DNA of 64,000 nucleotides, taken from the NCBI GenBank assembly GCA_035444565.1, contig DAOMOX010000003.1, positions 95,488 to 159,487 of the forward strand. Direction: 5' to 3'. The translations under genes were made by a program, and so were the position numbers. The DNA is from Candidatus Dojkabacteria bacterium. GTDB lineage: Bacteria > Patescibacteriota > Dojkabacteria > B142 > OLB20. The notes beneath the pieces are model-generated. The model had not been told where the DNA came from, searched no databases, and saw only the letters and a program-made list of their open reading frames with translations. Shown here one piece after another: positions 58,199 through 64,000 of the stretch (within the stretch, counting starts at the first letter, position 1; each line of letters begins with the position of its first letter).

Positions 58199-60637
58199 TT
58201 AATTAATTCTTAGCTTCAAATCGAGTTTAGATTGAAGTTCTTTAGCTACAAAACTTTCGAGTTTATCGACTTCCTCATCGGTTAAGGTTTTTTCATCACT
58301 AGAGAAAGTTAATGTAATCGTATAGCTGATCTTCTCATCTTTATTAACATAAGTGTCTTTCAGAACAATATTTTTCAATAATCCTACTTCAAGATTCCTA
58401 ATAGTTCTTTCTATATCTGAATAGTTTACTTTTTCAGGTATCCAAAAACTAAGATCCCTGTTTGTCTCTGGGTAATTCGGTAAGGCCTTGTATGAGTTCT
58501 GATTATTTACGAATTGTACTAATTTATCTAAGTTGATTTCAGCAATTGAGATTAAACCTTGAATTTCATTATTGTAGATTACTTCTGGGTGTAATAGGCC
58601 GATATTTCCAACAGTTTCATTCTCAAGAATAATTTCAGCAGATTGGAATGGGTGGAAAGTTTTAGAATATTTGTTTCCAGATGAGATATTCTTATAATTA
58701 AATTTTATGTTTAATAAATGTGATAAATATTCAGTGATGCCTTTTATTTCCTGGAATGTATTGGAATTGTTTTCTTGATGGTTGATTGCGATTGCAATAG
58801 TCCAAGGTTGTATATGAATACCATCGTTTTCAAGTTTTTTTGTAACTACCCTATTAACTTCAAAAATCTTTGAATTTAAATATTTAGGTTGATTCTTCTT
58901 TATACTTGATATCATACTTGGCACTAGTGAATTCCTTACATATTTTAATTCGGGTGCCAGTGGATTAGATAGTTTCAGAAAGTCTGTAGTAATTAGATTT
59001 GACTTAGTTATATCAGTTTCTCCAATGAAGCTATATGTCTTTACTTCTGTATACCCAAGTGCACTAATAGAATTGGTAAACAGTCTAAAGAGTGAACTTG
59101 TGCTGTATATCTTAGCTGGAGTAAGATCTTTTTCTGGCAATTTCGGCGTTATGTTCTTATAGCCATAAATTCTAGCAACTTCCTCGACAAGGTCTTCTTT
59201 GATATTTATATCTTTTCTAAATGTAGGAATGACAAATGTTAACAATGTTTGGGTCTCAAGGTTTGGTTCAGACCCGTCCGAATTCTCTTGTTCGAGTAAA
59301 TTAATTTGAAGTCTCTTCAAAAGGTCAATAATTTCGTATTTCGTAAAATCTGTTGAGAGTAGTCTGTTAATCATCTTGACGTCAATCTCTACTTGTTTCG
59401 GGATGGATGGGTCAGGATAATAATCAAATAGTTCGTCTGCAACCTCTCCACCTGTTAAATCGGAAATCAATGTGTAGGCATTTCTAATAGTCTGTACTGT
59501 GAGGTTTTCGTCCAAGCCTTTTTCAAATCTGGTGCTTGCCTCCGTTCGGAGTCCTAATTGTCTAGAACTTCTACGGATATTGTACATGTCAAAATTAGCT
59601 GCCTCTAATAAAATTGTATTTGTTTCGGTGGAAATCTGAGAGTTGTAGCCACCCATTATTCCTGCGATATCCTCCACATTCTTTTCGTCTGCAATCACAA
59701 CAGTTGTATTATCTAAATTTCGTTCTATTCCATCGAGTGTTTTCACTTTTTCACTATTTCTTGCTTTTCGGACAATTAGTTTGTTTCCAACAAGTTTGTC
59801 ATAATCATATGCATGTAGAGGCTGACCTTTGTCGAGCATTACGAAATTTGTGATGTCAACAATATTATTGATGGACCTCTCTCCTACTGAACTTAATCTA
59901 GCTTTAAGCCATATCGGTGAGTCTTTGACTACTAATTCCTCTACTAATAACGCACTAAATCTTTTGCAAAGATCTTTGTTAACAGAAATTTCAATTTTGA
60001 TTTTCTTCCCGCTACCATTTGGAAGAATCGATTCTGGAGGTGTGGTATCCTCTAGAAAGTCAATTGCCAGTATTGCCGAAAGTTCTCTAGCAATACCAGT
60101 ATGAGAGAAACAATCACCTCTATGTGAAAGTGACTTGTTCTCAATTTCGTATACCCAATCTTGTAATAAGTCGGTTAAGTTTTCGCCAACGGGCAAATTC
60201 TCTTCTAATATCATAATTCCGCTATGATCTTCACCTATACCAAGTTCTCTCTCGGAACATATCATACCGAATGATTCGACACCTCGGATTGTTGTGGTAC
60301 TTATATCAAGCGTATTGCCCTTGGTATCAGTGTAAACTCTCCCCCCAGGTAAACAAAGCGCAACTTTGATTTTTTCTTTAACATTTGGAGCTCCACAAAT
60401 TACCTGAATTCGATCATTACCATCAGAGGTGACCTGACAGATGCTTAGTTTGTCACTATTCTCATGTTTTTTGACTTCTAAGACTTCTCCCACAACGATA
60501 TTTAATAAATCTTGCCTTACAGGGATAATTTGTTCTACTTCAGCAAGACTGGTGGTAAGAGATTCTGCTATGGTTTCCGTTGAAAATTTATCAAGTTCTG
60601 GAAGATAATTTTTGAGCCATTTATGTGATATCAGCAT
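58199..60637 (-). CDS. pheT: Phenylalanine--tRNA ligase beta subunit
   Basis: CGAPN, GMICSERELG, GIARELSA, RFEKG, EDLVEEVARIYGY, RDLSF. Confidence 0.97.
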   Translation of the reverse strand: MLISHKWLKNYLPELDKFSTETIAESLTTSLAEVEQIIPVRQDLLNIVVGEVLEVKKHENSDKLSICQVTSDGNDRIQVICGAPNVKEKIKVALCLPGGRVYTDTKGNTLDISTTTIRGVESFGMICSERELGIGEDHSGIMILEENLPVGENLTDLLQDWVYEIENKSLSHRGDCFSHTGIARELSAILAIDFLEDTTPPESILPNGSGKKIKIEISVNKDLCKRFSALLVEELVVKDSPIWLKARLSSVGERSINNIVDITNFVMLDKGQPLHAYDYDKLVGNKLIVRKARNSEKVKTLDGIERNLDNTTVVIADEKNVEDIAGIMGGYNSQISTETNTILLEAANFDMYNIRRSSRQLGLRTEASTRFEKGLDENLTVQTIRNAYTLISDLTGGEVADELFDYYPDPSIPKQVEIDVKMINRLLSTDFTKYEIIDLLKRLQINLLEQENSDGSEPNLETQTLLTFVIPTFRKDINIKEDLVEEVARIYGYKNITPKLPEKDLTPAKIYSTSSLFRLFTNSISALGYTEVKTYSFIGETDITKSNLITTDFLKLSNPLAPELKYVRNSLVPSMISSIKKNQPKYLNSKIFEVNRVVTKKLENDGIHIQPWTIAIAINHQENNSNTFQEIKGITEYLSHLLNIKFNYKNISSGNKYSKTFHPFQSAEIILENETVGNIGLLHPEVIYNNEIQGLISIAEINLDKLVQFVNNQNSYKALPNYPETNRDLSFWIPEKVNYSDIERTIRNLEVGLLKNIVLKDTYVNKDEKISYTITLTFSSDEKTLTDEEVDKLESFVAKELQSKLDLKLRIN

Positions 60638-60652
60638 GATTACGTATTAATT

Positions 60653-61702
60653 CTAAAATTGTTTAAGGAAGTCAAACTTTCCACTATAAAAATGTCTTAT
60701 ATCTTCAATATTATATTTCAACATCACTAGTCTTTCTAAACCAAAACCCCACGCAAATCCACTATATACATCACTATCAATTCCCCCCATCTTTAATACA
60801 TTGGGATGAATCATTCCACATCCCAAAATTTCTAACCATCCAGTGTTCTTACAAACATTACAGCCTTTACCATCACACAAGATACATGTTAGTGACATCA
60901 TTCCCCCGGGTTCGACAAATGGGAAAAAATCAGGTGTAAATTTTACTTCTACTTCTTTTTCGTAAAATTCGCTGAAGAAAGTCTTAAGTGTGGCAAGCAT
61001 ATTATTTAATGTGACGTTTTTGTCTACATAGACTCCTTCGACTTGAGTAAATGTGTGCTCATGTCTGGCATCGGTAGCTTCGTGTCGGAAGCACCTGCCA
61101 GGAACTATTACTCTGATTGGAGGTTTGAATTCCTTGAGAATTCGATTTTGCATAGATGATGTATGTGTAATAGCAATCTGGCCGTCTTCTGTCCAAAATG
61201 TGTCCCAATTATCTCTCGCAGGATGACCTTCTGGTAAGTTTACAGCAGTGAAATTGTGATAATCATCATCAATTTCATAGGGATAAACTATATCAAATCC
61301 CATCTTTTGGAATATGTCTTCTGTCTTCCATTGCATCTGTGTTACTGGGTGAATATGTCCGATTTGTGGCTCATATACTGGAAGTGTTACATCAATTTTT
61401 TCTTTGTCCGAAATCTTGTTGTGTTTGATCTTTAATATTCGGACTGAATTGTTATCAACTATCTCCGAAAGTTGAGCTTTTATTTTATTCGCTTCTGAAC
61501 CTATTATCACTCTATCCTCATCTGAAAATTCTTTCAGAGTTCTCAAAATATCAGTAAGTTTGGATTTACGACCAAGAAATTGAACTCTAAGTGTTTCATT
61601 TTCTTCAAGGGTGGTAACTTTTTCAAGCAGGGGTTTCGCTGTATCAATCAAATTCTTGACGTCATCTAGCGTTTTTTGTAGGTCGGGTTTTGATGCGCTC
61701 AT
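60653..61702 (-). CDS. pheS: Phenylalanine--tRNA ligase alpha subunit
   Basis: HPARDNWDTF, THTS, FTQVEG, FPFVEP, GFAWGFGLERL. Confidence 0.97.
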   Translation of the reverse strand: MSASKPDLQKTLDDVKNLIDTAKPLLEKVTTLEENETLRVQFLGRKSKLTDILRTLKEFSDEDRVIIGSEANKIKAQLSEIVDNNSVRILKIKHNKISDKEKIDVTLPVYEPQIGHIHPVTQMQWKTEDIFQKMGFDIVYPYEIDDDYHNFTAVNLPEGHPARDNWDTFWTEDGQIAITHTSSMQNRILKEFKPPIRVIVPGRCFRHEATDARHEHTFTQVEGVYVDKNVTLNNMLATLKTFFSEFYEKEVEVKFTPDFFPFVEPGGMMSLTCILCDGKGCNVCKNTGWLEILGCGMIHPNVLKMGGIDSDVYSGFAWGFGLERLVMLKYNIEDIRHFYSGKFDFLKQF

Positions 61703-61721
61703 GTGACACTAAGTAGTGTTT

Positions 61722-62066
61722 TTATTTTTTGACTGCTTTGACTACTTCAGCAAAAACGTCTTTGTTATGTAGTCCAAGTTCAGAAAGAATTTTTCTGTTT
61801 AGGTGAATATCATTTATTTTTAGTTTATTGATGAATTCACTATACTTCATATCATGTTCGGATAGTGCTGCGTTTATTCTTTCTATCCAAAGTCTTCTGA
61901 AATCTCCTGATCTCTTTCTTCTATGTGCATATGAATATTGACCAGCATGAAGCATTGCTTCCTTTGCACGTCTATAAAGTTTAGAATACGAAAGTCTATA
62001 ACCTTTTGTGCTATTAAGAACTTTTTTATGCTTTTGATTTTTTGATTTGCCTCTTTTAACCCTCAT
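61722..62066 (-). CDS. rplT: 50S ribosomal protein L20
   Basis: MRVKRG, FRRLWIERINAA, LNRKILSEL. Confidence 0.97.
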   Translation of the reverse strand: MRVKRGKSKNQKHKKVLNSTKGYRLSYSKLYRRAKEAMLHAGQYSYAHRRKRSGDFRRLWIERINAALSEHDMKYSEFINKLKINDIHLNRKILSELGLHNKDVFAEVVKAVKK

Positions 62067-62070
62067 TTAA

Positions 62071-62271
62071 TTACGATAATAAACTAATAATTTTCTTAGA
62101 CTCTGTTTTGCTTCCTAGAGAGCTTTTGCCCTTTTTTCTAGCTTTTTGCTGTGAAGTTTTATTTGCCTTCAAATGTGCATTATCACCTTGTCTATTGTGC
62201 ATAATTTTGCCTTTCCTGGTTACTCGAAACCTTTTGGCTGTTGCTTTATGTGTTTTTTGTTTGTTTTTCAT
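62071..62271 (-). CDS. rpmI: 50S ribosomal protein L35
   Basis: KQKTHKATAKRFRVT; between infC and rplT. Confidence 0.93.
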   Translation of the reverse strand: MKNKQKTHKATAKRFRVTRKGKIMHNRQGDNAHLKANKTSQQKARKKGKSSLGSKTESKKIISLLS

Positions 62272-62782
62272 CGTTATTAATTGTTTTCTTAACAGGTCTA
62301 ACTATTAATGAAAGATCTCTGCCATAAAATTTAGCTGGTTGGTCATATTCTATTTTACCTTCCAGATTAGTAAGTACTTTATTTAATACTGATTCAAGTT
62401 GTTCTCTAGCAACCCTACCCTTTGCCTTGATTGTTATCTTAACAGGATGTTTTTTAGCTAGAAATTCTTCAACTTTGGTTAGTTTGTGAGTCAAATCACC
62501 ATCTCCAATGAAGGATTTAAACCACATCTCTTTTATTTCAACACCTTTGCCTTTGTTCTCTTTTCGCTTTTTTTCCTGTTGGTACTTGAATTTTGACCAA
62601 GACATGATTTTACCTACTGGTGGGTTAGCTTTTGCAGCAACCTCAATCAAATCAAGTTCTCTTTCTCTAGCTATTTCTAAAGCTTGAGCCAGGCTGATTA
62701 CTCCTAGACTTTCTCCTTCTTCATCAATCACAAGTAACTCGGGACTTTTTATTTGATCATTCATAGAATATTTTTCTATCAA
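62246..62782 (-). CDS. infC: Translation initiation factor IF-3
   Basis: LDLIEVAAKANPPVGKIM, KFKYQQEKK, KEMWF; non-ATG start probable. Confidence 0.95.
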   Translation of the reverse strand: MIEKYSMNDQIKSPELLVIDEEGESLGVISLAQALEIARERELDLIEVAAKANPPVGKIMSWSKFKYQQEKKRKENKGKGVEIKEMWFKSFIGDGDLTHKLTKVEEFLAKKHPVKITIKAKGRVAREQLESVLNKVLTNLEGKIEYDQPAKFYGRDLSLIVRPVKKTINNDEKQTKNT

Positions 62783-62938
62783 TGTATCCCTTTCTCTTGA
62801 AAAGTATTGTTTATTTATCGTTCTAATAAAAAAATATTAAATATTTGATGTTCTAATCACAACAAAACCAACAGCAACAATCTGTCAGCACATTGATATT
62901 AACAGAACAAATGCAATTTTTCAATGGTTTGGGACCGC

Positions 62939-63999
62939 TTAAAGGTCTAGTTCCAAAGCTATTTCTTGTTCAATTTTGTTTACAAATTCATTTATCCTCA
63001 TCAAACCTATGTCTTGTCCATTAGCCTTTACGGAAATTGAATCAGTATTGGCTTCTTTTTCTCCGATTATTATCAAGTATGGTGTACGTCTACTCATAGA
63101 ATCTGATATTTGTCTTTCAGGGTTGGTTGAGTTTTGATTAAATTCTACTCGTAAATTCTCTTTTTTTAATTCCCTCAATACTTTTATTGCTTTATGGTTA
63201 TATTTACTCTCGAGCGCTATGATCTCGACCTGTACGGGCTCTACCCAAAGTGGAAGTGAACCCTCTCCGTGTTCTAGTAATAAATCAATTAATCTTTCAA
63301 TATTTACTATTATATCTGTGTGAATAAAATATAATTGTTTCTTGTCTTCTGATAGTAGTTTTGTAGGGAGTATTGGATCTAGCGTAATATTTGATACTTC
63401 CCAGCTTCTAGAGTATTTATCTTTAACTTCAATAGTTAGTTTGGGTCCATAAAAATCGGTCTTCCCTTCTCTAATTCTTGACGGGATTTTGAGTTCTAAA
63501 AGTAATTCTTTTAAGTTAGAAATACTTTTTTCCCACAGTCCTTCGTCATAAATATATTTTGTAAGATCTTGGTAATCTGGAATATCTAAAATTGTTTTGA
63601 ACTGACTAAATCCAAGGGCTTTTAGTGTGGTACCTATTAACCTGATATTTTCGGTCAGAGAGTCTTTTAATTTTTCATCGTCTACTATACTAATTACTTG
63701 TGCATCTGTTGTTTCAAGAAAATCTTCGAGATGCTCGATTTTTATTTCGTTAGAATTATGTAAATTACCCTGAAATGTTTTGGAAACTGAACCTATATTT
63801 AGAATGGCAGAATCTTTGTTGGCGTTGTAACTTGTAGTTGCCCTTTCGACAAGGAAGCTTCGTAGATTATTTCTATAAAAAACATCTTTAGAATTTTGAG
63901 TTCCTTTTATTTGTGTAGTTTGCATAAACTCAGGAAATTTTTCGACCAAGAACGCTGGTTTGTTTGTGACCCAAGGTGGTTGCATTAGCTGGAAGTCAA
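62939..63999 (-). CDS. Threonyl-tRNA synthetase-like protein, degenerate catalytic domain, 5' end outside window
   Basis: FYGPKL, IERL, LPLWVEPVQV, PYLIIIGEKE; thrS position upstream of infC; frame open to window end. Confidence 0.75.
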   Translation of the reverse strand, partial: DFQLMQPPWVTNKPAFLVEKFPEFMQTTQIKGTQNSKDVFYRNNLRSFLVERATTSYNANKDSAILNIGSVSKTFQGNLHNSNEIKIEHLEDFLETTDAQVISIVDDEKLKDSLTENIRLIGTTLKALGFSQFKTILDIPDYQDLTKYIYDEGLWEKSISNLKELLLELKIPSRIREGKTDFYGPKLTIEVKDKYSRSWEVSNITLDPILPTKLLSEDKKQLYFIHTDIIVNIERLIDLLLEHGEGSLPLWVEPVQVEIIALESKYNHKAIKVLRELKKENLRVEFNQNSTNPERQISDSMSRRTPYLIIIGEKEANTDSISVKANGQDIGLMRINEFVNKIEQEIALELDL

Positions 64000-64000
64000 A

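Noticed and set aside
428-62308. Numerous 60-125 aa antisense or alternate-frame ORFs in the track
   Set aside because: Shadow ORFs fully overlapping well-supported genes

Overview
Low-GC chromosomal window with reduced-genome features (tightly packed housekeeping genes, few Shine-Dalgarno sites, type IV pilus cluster without a secretin, many peptidases, no amino-acid biosynthesis genes). It is most consistent with a Patescibacteria/CPR bacterium (inference). Genes run on + up to about 14 kb (dnaB, efp, lspA, rluD, ruvCAB, xer) and mostly on - afterwards (gyrBA, rpsP-rnc-nusB, recG, tyrS, thrS-like/infC/rpmI/rplT/pheST). They converge on a lone Xer recombinase with a 28-bp dif-like site upstream, i.e. 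the probable replication terminus. Most notable observations: (1) two unannotated leader-peptide attenuators, an Ile-rich one controlling a large ATP-grasp-like protein coupled to an M20 peptidase, and a Cys3 one controlling a Gfh1-like Gre-family factor; (2) tandem copies of tRNA 5' halves interrupted by a shared family of small hairpins upstream of both tRNA genes; (3) an apparently catalytically eroded ThrRS at the canonical thrS position; (4) an oppositely oriented two-gene block inside the pilus cluster. All calls come from reading motifs by eye; no database searches were run.
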